IMG/VR virus record: IMGVR_UViG_3300049460_000128
Span: 62,001-126,000 of that record
Reading direction: 5' to 3' (one strand)
DNA length: 64,000 nt
Under the pieces are notes generated by a model. The model was not told the origin of the DNA, did not search any database, and worked only from the letters and a program-made list of their open reading frames with translations. Numbering within the stretch: position 1 is the first letter of the stretch; the number at the start of each line of letters is the position of its first letter. Position numbers and translations under genes: made by a program. Of the stretch, positions 20,181 to 29,378 are shown piece by piece.

Positions 20181-20681
20181 ATGGAAGCCAAGCATTATAG
20201 TGCAATGAAATCAGCCGCTAGTTTGGCATGGCGTGCTGGTATGGATTTGAGTGAAGTGGATGATTTCTCAGGTAAGGGAACGTGCATCTGGTTGAACGAC
20301 ACGCATGATGTCCAACTGTGTTTTTTCATACAGGGTACGGATGAGACCAATATGCGTTGTGGCTTTATGATTCCAAGTTCAGAATCAGGCCTCATGCAGC
20401 TTTTGGATCATCAGATCACCGACTTGACTATCCCCATCTATTTGGATCATCAAATGTTGAATCACAAAATGAATCGTACTACGGTTCAACGTGGTGAGCG
20501 AGTGAACTCGCGTATCTATTTGAACTATCAAGATCTTGACCTATCATTTGACATGGACACTGATGGCCTGGCGCGTGTCATGAGTGAGATTATGTTGTCA
20601 TTGGAGCCTGCCATTCACACGTATGTGACCATGCGTGATCTTCATATGTTCAACAAAGCCTACATGGAGTTGTTGCCTTGA
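20181..20681 (+). CDS. Hypothetical protein
   Basis: 166-aa ORF with AAGGAG RBS. Confidence 0.7.
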   Translation: MEAKHYSAMKSAASLAWRAGMDLSEVDDFSGKGTCIWLNDTHDVQLCFFIQGTDETNMRCGFMIPSSESGLMQLLDHQITDLTIPIYLDHQMLNHKMNRTTVQRGERVNSRIYLNYQDLDLSFDMDTDGLARVMSEIMLSLEPAIHTYVTMRDLHMFNKAYMELLP

Positions 20682-21055
20682 ACTATCAAACCTTTGATTA
20701 TCCCTTCTATCCAGAAGGCTGGCCGCATACTGAGTATCAGTATCGAGTGACTTTTCGGACGTCGTTAAGGGAAGATCAATGGCATTATGACGCGGCTCAT
20801 AACGAGGCTGATTCGTATTTGCATGCTGGTAGGTTGACGGATATGATCACCAGTCATTTGCATCTTTGGGAAATGCGTACTGAGGTACGGGATGGTGGGT
20901 TGATTTTGTATTGCAAGGAGGTTGGATGGTTGGCCATTTTGAAGATGGCCCATGGTAGCGATCTGAAGTCGCCCATCCAATCACTTGCTCGTATCGAATC
21001 GTGGAGTACCCATGAGCGGCCGATATCAAAGCACATGGATTTGTTGAATAAATAA
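20678..21055 (+). CDS. Hypothetical protein ('YC..W...KL' family)
   Basis: WPHTEYQYRV and ILYCKEVGWLAILKMAHG. Confidence 0.7.
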   Translation: MNYQTFDYPFYPEGWPHTEYQYRVTFRTSLREDQWHYDAAHNEADSYLHAGRLTDMITSHLHLWEMRTEVRDGGLILYCKEVGWLAILKMAHGSDLKSPIQSLARIESWSTHERPISKHMDLLNK

Positions 21056-21080
21056 AAACTTTCAGGATTCCTGATATCAG

Positions 21081-21965
21081 GTGGTTATGGACTGGATGCG
21101 GTTTTTACCGTGTGATCGAACGGCAAAGATTCCACGACAGTTAATTGAGTTGCCCCGGTGCGAGCTGGGGCAATCTCCTTTGGAGCTAGCCATTCAGGCG
21201 GTCAATGATATTGTGGCCAAGTATCCAGCCCCCTATACCTTGATGTTGAGTGGTGGCATTGATAGTCAGGCGATGTTATATGCTTGGGTGAAAGCTGGAG
21301 TTGAGTTTAATACCTTGACGTTTCAATATGGTCATTACAACCTTCATGACATAGAAGCCCTTCAGAGATTTGTTGATGCATTGGCATTACCAATCACATT
21401 GACCTATATGGATTTCAACGTGATATCATTTTTGGAAAATGAATACGATCAGTATGCTACCAAGTATGACTGTTCGAGTCCCCAGATTTGCACTCATATA
21501 CGGTGTAGTGAATGGGTCAAAGAGGGTACTGTGGTGTTCAGTGGCAATTTCGTCATGAGTCCCACAAATGGTGGTCCCATGTTGAGTCATGCCATATTGG
21601 GAATAAGGCGATATGCCGAGATCGAGCAAAGATCGATCGTGCCATTTTTCTTCCTGCATACGCCACAGTTGGCATATTCGTTTATCCCGTATGAAATTCG
21701 GGGTGCAAAATCTGCTTATGAAATGAAGACTGGTATGTATAGGGCAGCAGGCTTTCCCATATTGCCGCAAGCTGACAAGTATACGGGATTTGAACGTATC
21801 AAGGATCAATATGACAACATTGACGTATCGCTGAAAACCAAACTTCAATATGCAGAAAAGCCCAGTACCAGGCCCTTTGATCTAATATACCGGTATCCAT
21901 ATGAAACTAAATTCAATGACCCAAGAGTAGATTTTATCTTCTCTTTCCTAAAGGATAAGCCATGA
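21081..21965 (+). CDS. PP-loop ATP pyrophosphatase (asparagine synthase/QueC-like superfamily), paralog A
   Basis: LMLSGGIDSQA PP-loop; shares YxCxSPQ and KYTGFExIK with 33744-34649. Confidence 0.75.
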   Translation: MVMDWMRFLPCDRTAKIPRQLIELPRCELGQSPLELAIQAVNDIVAKYPAPYTLMLSGGIDSQAMLYAWVKAGVEFNTLTFQYGHYNLHDIEALQRFVDALALPITLTYMDFNVISFLENEYDQYATKYDCSSPQICTHIRCSEWVKEGTVVFSGNFVMSPTNGGPMLSHAILGIRRYAEIEQRSIVPFFFLHTPQLAYSFIPYEIRGAKSAYEMKTGMYRAAGFPILPQADKYTGFERIKDQYDNIDVSLKTKLQYAEKPSTRPFDLIYRYPYETKFNDPRVDFIFSFLKDKP

Positions 21966-23545
21966 ACTATATTATAGACTTTGAACCACATGTTAGTGCT
22001 GTGCAGATCAGCCAATACATGACTGACAATAATCTGACTGTGTTGTCAGTCTATGATCATTTTGAACACGTCTACGTTGTCACTGGTGCCATTCCACCAA
22101 AGACTGATGCAGTTGCGTCCGTTGTGATCGATGACACACATGCCATTAAACTGTTGGATGTAGTGCCGATTACCGACGATGCCCCTGAAATTACGTTTGA
22201 TCATGACGATCAAAATTGGTGGAAAGTAGTAAGCTTGATTCAAACTGATCTTGATGCGCCTACAACAACTATGAAACGCAAAGGTCATAGTGTTAACGTG
22301 TATCTGGTTGACAGCGGCATTACCGCATTGCATCCAGAATTTGCGGATTCTGATATCACAAACTTGTTCTCGGTGAATGGCACCTTTGACGATCTAACGG
22401 GTCATGGTACCGCCTTGGCGTCCTTGATCACTGGTAAGACTTGCAGTATTGCCGACCCAGCCCTGAAGGTTGTTAAGATCTTTGACAATAGTGGCAATGT
22501 CAAACAAAGCCAATTGTTGGCTGCAATGGATGCAATCATTGCTGATGTGGTGGCTAATCCAACCAAATTAGCAATTGCGAACATGAGTTGGGCAATTCCA
22601 CGTAATGAATATTTGGATGCCAAAATTCAATTGATGATTGATCGTGGTATCGTTGTTGTTGCGGCAGCGGGCAATAGTGGTTTGTCAATTGACGACGTTA
22701 CCCCAGCGGCCATTGATCAAGTGATCACGATTGGCGCGTATGACCAATCGTTCCACCCATGTGACTTCTCCAGCTATACTGGCACATCTGATCTGAACTA
22801 TACTGAGGGTGCTACCAACAATGGTGCATTGGATGGTTGGGCACCTGGTGAAAAGATCTACGTCGCCAATGTGAGTGGTGGCTACAGCTATGCGGTTGGT
22901 ACCAGTTTGTCGGCTGCTATCCATACTGCCATTTGTGCATATAATGGCATGCAGATGTTAGATGCTGATGGTGCCGTACTGACCTGTATCGAAAGCATTG
23001 TGACTGATACCAAAGCGATGTCATTGAGTCGTAAAGATTTGATGGTATATCCGGATAGCAAATATAATGACTCAGTCAACAAGGTGTCGACTTGTTTCAA
23101 TGTATTCACAGCTAGCCAGCGTGTCCCTAAACTGGTTGAGAATATTGCATTCACGGTCGGCATTCCAAACTGTCGTCGTTTGTTCCATCCATTGATGACT
23201 GCAAGTTATGAAGTATTGGGTGAAATCCCGGAAGGTCTGACTTTGTATCGTGGTATGCTTTATGGTTCGCCGACAACTGATCAAGTTGACTATGAATTGA
23301 AAACATTTGAAGTGGATGTTACCACTATGGATGGGCATACAATAAACCAGTTGGTGAATATTCTGATCAAGCAACCAGAATACGACCCGACCTTGTTGCC
23401 AGCGAATGATCCAGTATTGTCAGTCATGTACATGACTTGTTCTGGTTTCACATGTGGTAGCTGCGGTGGTAGTAATTCGTGTGGGTGCGGTAATACCAAA
23501 GCTGGTGGTTGCGAATGCCTGTGCCTGGGCTGCGATTGCCCGTAA
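21962..23545 (+). CDS. Subtilisin-like S8 serine protease with N-terminal prodomain and Cys-rich C-terminal tail
   Basis: Triad VDSG / GHGT / GTSLSAA plus AAAGN oxyanion Asn; 10 Cys in the last 35 aa. Confidence 0.9.
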   Translation: MNYIIDFEPHVSAVQISQYMTDNNLTVLSVYDHFEHVYVVTGAIPPKTDAVASVVIDDTHAIKLLDVVPITDDAPEITFDHDDQNWWKVVSLIQTDLDAPTTTMKRKGHSVNVYLVDSGITALHPEFADSDITNLFSVNGTFDDLTGHGTALASLITGKTCSIADPALKVVKIFDNSGNVKQSQLLAAMDAIIADVVANPTKLAIANMSWAIPRNEYLDAKIQLMIDRGIVVVAAAGNSGLSIDDVTPAAIDQVITIGAYDQSFHPCDFSSYTGTSDLNYTEGATNNGALDGWAPGEKIYVANVSGGYSYAVGTSLSAAIHTAICAYNGMQMLDADGAVLTCIESIVTDTKAMSLSRKDLMVYPDSKYNDSVNKVSTCFNVFTASQRVPKLVENIAFTVGIPNCRRLFHPLMTASYEVLGEIPEGLTLYRGMLYGSPTTDQVDYELKTFEVDVTTMDGHTINQLVNILIKQPEYDPTLLPANDPVLSVMYMTCSGFTCGSCGGSNSCGCGNTKAGGCECLCLGCDCP

Positions 23546-23559
23546 TTCTCTAGGAACAT

Positions 23560-24879
23560 ATGGATATTAGTGTTATTGGCGGCGGTTATGTGGGCGTAAT
23601 CACCGCCATTTCCTTGGCTCAAATGTATGATCACAAGGTGATTGTAGTTGAACCTGACGAAGAAAAATTAGCCCATCTTCAACGTGGCTTGATGCCATTT
23701 CATGAACCATATTCTGAGCCTGTACTCCAGAGTATGGTTTACCGTAGTAGGCTGATGTTTGTGCCTGCACTCACGAGTCAATTTGGAACCATTCAGATCA
23801 TTGCTGTGGGGACTCCTGCCAAGCAGGATGGTTCAACTGACCTCACCCAAGTATTTGATGCTGCGACTACGATTGCTCGTTTGATGGATCAAGACACCAT
23901 CATTGCAATCAAATCAACGGTGCCGGTTGGCACTTGCGAGAAGATTGAGCAATTGATCAGCCATATCTTGATTGAACGTGGAGTCGTGTATATGTGGGAA
24001 GTCATCAGCAATCCTGAATTTTTGAGCCAAGGTCGTGCGATGGCGGATGCTCGTTCGCCTGATCGAATTATCATTGGTGCCAATACGTCATTTGGGCGTT
24101 TATATGGCAAAGTATTCCAGCACTCAAGTGCCATTGAATACGTGAGTCAAAAAGCTGGCGAGATGATCAAGTACATGTCAAATGCCATTCTGGCTACTAA
24201 AATTTCAATCATGAATGAAGCAGCGGCGTTTGCTGAGCATCATGGTATTGACATCATGGAAGTGGTTGATGGTGTTGGACGAGATGAACGAATTGGAATG
24301 TCGCATTTGACTCCAGGCATTGGATATGGTGGGTCCTGCTTACCAAAAGATGTCAGTAGCTTGCTTCACCAAGGACGCGAAGCCAATACACCATTCACTG
24401 TTTTGGAGACAGTTAGCGCGATTAATAATGATCAACACAGTCAGCTGTGTAAAAAGGTCATACGACGTTTTGGTGACGATCTCGTCAATCTCCGGGTCGG
24501 TATTTGGGGTGTATCTTTCAAACGTGATACCGATGATATGCGGAATGCCAAGTCGATTCCAATCATCAAGTTTTTACTCGAGCGTGGTGCCACTGTTGTA
24601 TTGCATGATCCCAAAGCAGTTTTCACTTGCATGGACATTATGGATACTGTATTATCAGCTGAACAAGTGAACCGTCTTTCGTTTAACATGGACAAGATGG
24701 TTGTTGCAACGAATGTTGATGCCTTGTTGTTGTTGAGTGACTGGGAAGAATATGACAATATTGATACCATGCGCTTACTGGGCATTATGAAACAACCATG
24801 TTTGTTTGATGGGCGTAATTTCTGGCAACGAGATTACATGATCCAAGAAGGTTTCGAATATCACGCTATAGGACGATAA
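23560..24879 (+). CDS. ugd: UDP-glucose 6-dehydrogenase
   Basis: IGGGYVG NAD site, IAVGTP, KSTVPVG, SNPEFL.QG, GIGYGGSCLPKD, FKRDTDDMR, FDGRN. Confidence 0.92.
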   Translation: MDISVIGGGYVGVITAISLAQMYDHKVIVVEPDEEKLAHLQRGLMPFHEPYSEPVLQSMVYRSRLMFVPALTSQFGTIQIIAVGTPAKQDGSTDLTQVFDAATTIARLMDQDTIIAIKSTVPVGTCEKIEQLISHILIERGVVYMWEVISNPEFLSQGRAMADARSPDRIIIGANTSFGRLYGKVFQHSSAIEYVSQKAGEMIKYMSNAILATKISIMNEAAAFAEHHGIDIMEVVDGVGRDERIGMSHLTPGIGYGGSCLPKDVSSLLHQGREANTPFTVLETVSAINNDQHSQLCKKVIRRFGDDLVNLRVGIWGVSFKRDTDDMRNAKSIPIIKFLLERGATVVLHDPKAVFTCMDIMDTVLSAEQVNRLSFNMDKMVVATNVDALLLLSDWEEYDNIDTMRLLGIMKQPCLFDGRNFWQRDYMIQEGFEYHAIGR

Positions 24880-24880
24880 C

Positions 24881-25036
24881 ATGAGCAACGAAGCACAGTA
24901 TCAAGCTGGTCGGGAGTATGCGGAGTTTTGGATCCGTACTGGTGGCGATTTGGTAGTTCAAGACAGCCCCGATAGCTGGTCTGATGCTAAGTGCAACGGC
25001 TTTCATGATCGTCTTACCGAAGAACGCAACAAATAA
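24881..25036 (+). CDS. Small hypothetical protein (51 aa)
   Basis: MSNEAQYQAGREYAEFW...ERNK read directly from the DNA. Confidence 0.5.
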   Translation: MSNEAQYQAGREYAEFWIRTGGDLVVQDSPDSWSDAKCNGFHDRLTEERNK

Positions 25037-25048
25037 TTGAAAGCACAT

Positions 25049-25339
25049 ATGAGCAAACAAAACAAACCAGCCGACAAGCCAAAAGAACCATCTGTGATCG
25101 CAGATCGTATCGTGATCATGGCTCCTGAAGCCAGCGTTAAAGCCGGTCTGCAATTCTTCCGTGACAAGGTCTCGGCCGAAGATCAGGCAGTGCGCGAAGG
25201 TTACAAGCCATTGTCGGTGCTTGACGCTAAAGAACTGCTCCTCGCCCTGCATGCGGCTTGCCGCGTGGCCACCGGTGCTGAACACACGAATGCACTGATC
25301 CAAGGGCAGAAGCTGTTGGACCGTCACGGTATCAAGTAA
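25049..25339 (+). CDS. Hypothetical protein
   Basis: 96-aa ORF, C-ending-codon rich. Confidence 0.65.
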   Translation: MSKQNKPADKPKEPSVIADRIVIMAPEASVKAGLQFFRDKVSAEDQAVREGYKPLSVLDAKELLLALHAACRVATGAEHTNALIQGQKLLDRHGIK

Positions 25340-25614
25340 TGGAACGCTTCGTCCTAGAATATCAGCAGTCTGACGGGTGTACGTATTCATGCACCAATAC
25401 ACTGCCCGTTCAGTATTCTTCCGGTGAAGCTTTACTGGTCGACTTAGAGACAGCAATGCGTAAGGGTGTGGACGACCAAGTGTCTGAAGTGAAATTTGCT
25501 GGTTATGATTTCTACCCACCAGATTTCTTCTACGTGGACACACGCACCCAGGCGACGGTCTTCTCAGGCCCCAAGATTCTCACCATTGATGAATGGTTTG
25601 CAGAAAATGGTTGA
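25339..25614 (+). CDS. Hypothetical protein
   Basis: 91-aa ORF, translationally coupled. Confidence 0.65.
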   Translation: MERFVLEYQQSDGCTYSCTNTLPVQYSSGEALLVDLETAMRKGVDDQVSEVKFAGYDFYPPDFFYVDTRTQATVFSGPKILTIDEWFAENG

Positions 25615-25993
25615 TGACAAGATTGTGTATGTGGTCCCCGAGGGGCCATCTTGGGAATATAACATCCAACATGGTTTCAAGATGCGTATTCGATTCACGA
25701 TGGATCGGACACAAGTCAGTCAAATGGGCCGGGCTACGATCATGCACCCAAGATCATTTTATGATCATACTAAGGCTCGTAAAAAGCTCTACGAACAATA
25801 CCGAGAGGTTGCAGCCAAGTTATTAGGGCAACGTAAGGTTGGCTGGAATGCTCGTACGTACAAGACCAATGACAACGATGTGTTGATCTATTGCCATGAT
25901 TACGATTGGTTGGCAGTCGCCCGCTTGCAAGGCCACGAGTTCATCGTGCAGACGCTAACCGCAATTGAATATGTGAAGGAAGAAAATGGGTAA
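25607..25993 (+). CDS. Hypothetical protein ('YC..W...KL' family)
   Basis: LIYCHDYDWLAVARLQGH; start MVDDKIV overlapping the upstream gene. Confidence 0.65.
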   Translation: MVDDKIVYVVPEGPSWEYNIQHGFKMRIRFTMDRTQVSQMGRATIMHPRSFYDHTKARKKLYEQYREVAAKLLGQRKVGWNARTYKTNDNDVLIYCHDYDWLAVARLQGHEFIVQTLTAIEYVKEENG

Positions 25994-26309
25994 CGTGTCA
26001 TACGACTATTTCCGCAAAGACCATCCTCAATATCCAGACGAATACGGGGATCGTTTCAGATCAGTTTACGTCTGTAGTGTGCCTGGAGTTCACAACAGCA
26101 CATTCTCGATCTATGCGGATGAACTGCGGCTGATTCGTGAGCTTGCTAAGTACGGTGAGCCAGTGTTCATCGACTGCGGTGAATTGGAGCTGGTTGACAA
26201 AGTAATCAAATGGTATCCGCAATATAAGGACAAGGTGCGCCACGATCCTTGGTATGAAGATTCCATTAGCTTCGTCGCAGTATCATCCGCGAAAGCCCCC
26301 GGCTTCTAA
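25986..26309 (+). CDS. Hypothetical protein
   Basis: 107-aa ORF, coupled. Confidence 0.65.
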   Translation: MGNVSYDYFRKDHPQYPDEYGDRFRSVYVCSVPGVHNSTFSIYADELRLIRELAKYGEPVFIDCGELELVDKVIKWYPQYKDKVRHDPWYEDSISFVAVSSAKAPGF

Positions 26310-26377
26310 CCTGGTTTTTGGTATTTTTGCCAATTCAAGTATACCAGTCATACTGTCTTTTTACACAAAGGGACAGT

Positions 26378-26929
26378 ATGAAAATCACTCATGCAACTGC
26401 CGCTCAGGCAAAAATCCGCAACATCTATCACATCGACCTCGAAACTTATCACGGCGATGCCGATGGTGACAGCAAGATCACCATCAAGGTAGCTCCTGAA
26501 AACATCAAACAAGTCATAGCCGAGATCATGCTGGTTCAAGCTCAGTTCCATGGTCGTGGTGGCTGTCGCACCATGTACGACCAGATGAATTACTTCGGCA
26601 TGACGTATGAAGCCTATGAGGCAAATGGCGACACACATGATGGTTATTGGGAATGGTTTGATCGTGAGGGCGACTATCCATACGACTATGAATCGGGTCA
26701 ACAGAATTACACGCTTAGTTCATATAAGATTTGGTGGTACGATGACAATGGCGTCAAGTTCAAGGTAACGGCAGAAGATGACACTGGATTGCTGGAAGAA
26801 TTCAAAAAGATGAATGAAGCATTTCATCTGGGTAGTTATGCTCATTGGGAAGATGGTACTGAGGGCATCGATGACATGTTCGCAGAGTATCGTGCATCGG
26901 CCATCGAGCTTGTTAAGAAGCACATTTAA
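26378..26929 (+). CDS. Hypothetical acidic protein
   Basis: Start MKITHAT after AAAGGGA RBS. Confidence 0.7.
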   Translation: MKITHATAAQAKIRNIYHIDLETYHGDADGDSKITIKVAPENIKQVIAEIMLVQAQFHGRGGCRTMYDQMNYFGMTYEAYEANGDTHDGYWEWFDREGDYPYDYESGQQNYTLSSYKIWWYDDNGVKFKVTAEDDTGLLEEFKKMNEAFHLGSYAHWEDGTEGIDDMFAEYRASAIELVKKHI

Positions 26930-27012
26930 TTAAGCTGGTAGACTTGTAATAGTGTAAAGAACTCAGGTATGGGATAAATATCGTAGCAGTCCCATACCCA
27001 CAAGGTGCAATC

Positions 27013-27132
27013 ATGGTAATTTACCCAAGTTCAAAAGACTTGTTTCGCCAATATATCAATAGCCCAGAACGCAAGTTAATGTCGTTCCAAGACTGGCTCC
27101 AAAATGTACTTCCAACACTTCCCAGACCCTAA
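27013..27132 (+). CDS. 39-aa sORF behind a TAAATA late promoter
   Basis: MVIYPSSKDLFRQYINSPERKLMSFQDWLQNVLPTLPRP; AAGGTG RBS; GATAAATA ~35 nt upstream. Confidence 0.45.
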   Translation: MVIYPSSKDLFRQYINSPERKLMSFQDWLQNVLPTLPRP

Positions 27133-27173
27133 TTCATTTAACTCTTGATTTTTCACTTGATTTTTAGTACCAT

Positions 27174-27425
27174 ATGAACTTCATTGGAGGACTTATGGCA
27201 ACGAATCACGTAGGGAAGATCAAGGATCGCGCACGCGAGGTTATCACCCAACCGGATAGCATTCCGACTATCCTGGACATTCCACCGCCGGATCATACGT
27301 TCCAGTATCCCAAGGTGGATGCAGACATGACGGAAGAACAGCGACGCCGGGCATTCGCCAAGATGGAACAGATCGCTGAAGCGGAATCTCTTGATCTGCT
27401 GGCTCGTGTGATGGTACATCGCTAA
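27174..27425 (+). CDS. Hypothetical protein
   Basis: GGAGG RBS suggests the start is MATNH (27195). Confidence 0.6.
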   Translation: MNFIGGLMATNHVGKIKDRAREVITQPDSIPTILDIPPPDHTFQYPKVDADMTEEQRRRAFAKMEQIAEAESLDLLARVMVHR

Positions 27426-27446
27426 ACCACATTCACTTCATAGTTC

Positions 27447-27475
27447 TTGACTCTTTGTATTATGGCATGTATTCT
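27447..27475 (+). promoter_or_regulatory. Sigma70-like promoter
   Basis: TTGACT-17 nt-TATTCT upstream of the exonuclease/nadE/pth operon. Confidence 0.6.
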
Positions 27476-27510
27476 TACATGAAAATAATAACAATGAGAA
27501 CAAGAAAAAT

Positions 27511-28086
27511 ATGTCAATCTGGAGCGTAGATGTAGAATCTGACGGCCCTTGCCCCGGCAAGCACTCGATGATTAGTTTTGGGATGGTGCGAGTTGATGAT
27601 CAACTTACTACCACGTTTGGTGGCCGCCTCAAGCCAATTAGCGATATTTGGGTACCTGATGCCTTAGCGGTGTCTGGATTCACCCGCGAGGATACACTGT
27701 TGTTTGATGACCCTGCGGTTGTCATGCAGCAAGCAGCAGACTTCATTGCTGCAAATAATGTTGGGGATCGTCCAGTTTTCATTTCCGATAACAACGGATA
27801 CGATTGGATGTTCATGCACTATTATTTCCACATGTATTTGAATCACAATCCATTTGGTTGGAGTTCACGCCGCATTGGTGACTTCTACTGTGGCTTGCGT
27901 AAGAATTTCCGGGCAAGTGGTCGTGACTGGCACAAATTCCGTAAGACCCGTCACACACATGATCCGGTCGATGATGCAAAGGGCAACGCTGAAGCACTCG
28001 TGGGTATGTGTCACAAGTGGCAAATTGAATTGCCTGGTGTCACCCTGCAACCATTAACCAATCCAGTTCAACCAAGGCAAAAATGA
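27511..28086 (+). CDS. DEDDh 3'-5' exonuclease
   Basis: DVESDGP (ExoI), SDNNGYDW (ExoII), HDPVDDA (ExoIII). Confidence 0.85.
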   Translation: MSIWSVDVESDGPCPGKHSMISFGMVRVDDQLTTTFGGRLKPISDIWVPDALAVSGFTREDTLLFDDPAVVMQQAADFIAANNVGDRPVFISDNNGYDWMFMHYYFHMYLNHNPFGWSSRRIGDFYCGLRKNFRASGRDWHKFRKTRHTHDPVDDAKGNAEALVGMCHKWQIELPGVTLQPLTNPVQPRQK

Positions 28087-28901
28087 ATCAAGAACAAAAA
28101 CGAATGCAGGCACAGATTATCGCAGCATTGGGCGTTCAGCCGGTGATCGATCCTGTATTGGAGATCATCAAACGTGTGGGTTTCCTCGCGTCGGCGCTGC
28201 GTGCTGCAAACAAAGAATCCTATATCCTGGGTATAAGCGGTGGCGTCGATTCGACGACCTCCGGTCGCCTGGCAGTTCTGGCCTGTGAACAACTCCGCGG
28301 CCTGGACTATCACGCACAGTTCATCGCTGTGCGTTTGCCGTACGGCGAGCAACGTGACGAAGCAGATGCGCAACGTGCGCTTGACTTCATCAAGCCCCAC
28401 AAAGTGATCACCGTGAACATCAAGCCGGCTGTCGATGCGATCATGGCGTCCATGGATCTGGCCGGCTTGACTGACAAGCAGATCGACTTCCTGAAAGGCA
28501 ATGTGAAAGCGCGTCAGCGCATGATCGTGCAATATGCACTCGCGGGTCAGTACAATGGCCTGGTGATCGGCACCGATCATGCCAGCGAAGCACTGATGGG
28601 CTTCTTCACCAAGCACGGCGATGGCGCGGCCGACATTGTGCCGAAAGCCACGCTGGAAAAAGAGCAAGTCCGTGAAGTAGCGGCTGAGTTGGGTGCGCCT
28701 TCTGAGCTGGTTGGCAAACCACCAACTGCTGACCTGGAAGACCTGAATCCAGGTTTGCTGGACGAAGTTGCGTATGGCGTAACCTATGCGACGATCAGCA
28801 AATTCCTGCGCGGTCTGGACATCAGCGAAAACGATGCCGCAATCATCATCAAGCAATACTACAGTACCGCGCACAAGCGTAGTCTGGCTCCTGGTATCTG
28901 A
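28083..28901 (+). CDS. nadE: NH3-dependent NAD+ synthetase
   Basis: LGISGGVDST, AVRLPYG.Q.DE.DA, GNVKARQRM..QY, GTDHASE...GFFTK.GDGAAD, PTADLED. Confidence 0.93.
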   Translation: MNQEQKRMQAQIIAALGVQPVIDPVLEIIKRVGFLASALRAANKESYILGISGGVDSTTSGRLAVLACEQLRGLDYHAQFIAVRLPYGEQRDEADAQRALDFIKPHKVITVNIKPAVDAIMASMDLAGLTDKQIDFLKGNVKARQRMIVQYALAGQYNGLVIGTDHASEALMGFFTKHGDGAADIVPKATLEKEQVREVAAELGAPSELVGKPPTADLEDLNPGLLDEVAYGVTYATISKFLRGLDISENDAAIIIKQYYSTAHKRSLAPGI

Positions 28902-28912
28902 AAGGAAACAAT

Positions 28913-29335
28913 ATGACCAAAGTGACACACCCCGTTCCCGACTATTACTTCTTCGTGCTGATGCGTACCGATCTGGCATCCATGAATCCAGGTAAGGCTG
29001 TTGCCCATGGCGCACATGCTGCCTCGATGTTCGAGATGGCCATGAAGGAAGTCAAGGATCACAAGATCCAGGCTGCATTGACCAAGTGGCGCGAATCGGC
29101 CGGCACGTTCGGTACTGCGATCACCTTGGCTGTCAACGATCGTGAACTGCATGAAAGTGTGGACAACCTCACCGCTGCTGGTTACCTGGCCGGTGTCGTA
29201 CATGACCCCACTTACCCAATCACCGATGGTCAGACGTTCCACCTGATCCCGCTCGACACCTGTGGTTGGGCGTTTGTGGACAAAGACGACCCAGTTGCCA
29301 AAGCTCTGCGTGCTCGCCTGAGTCTGATGGCGTAA
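28913..29335 (+). CDS. Peptidyl-tRNA hydrolase type 2 (Pth2)-like
   Basis: LMRTDLASMNPGKAVAHGAHAA and later VVHD...T.G. Confidence 0.75.
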   Translation: MTKVTHPVPDYYFFVLMRTDLASMNPGKAVAHGAHAASMFEMAMKEVKDHKIQAALTKWRESAGTFGTAITLAVNDRELHESVDNLTAAGYLAGVVHDPTYPITDGQTFHLIPLDTCGWAFVDKDDPVAKALRARLSLMA

Positions 29336-29349
29336 GCGAGGTCGTATTC

Positions 29350-29378
29350 AAAAAAGCCCAGCAGTGCTGGGCTTTTTT
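29350..29378 (+). terminator. Rho-independent terminator
   Basis: aaaaaaGCCCAGCA-g-TGCTGGGCtttttt. Confidence 0.85.

Noticed and set aside
24866-25543. 225-aa minus-strand ORF
   Set aside because: Overlaps three coupled plus-strand genes that fit the local operon better
28068-29015. 315-aa minus-strand ORF
   Set aside because: Antisense shadow of nadE
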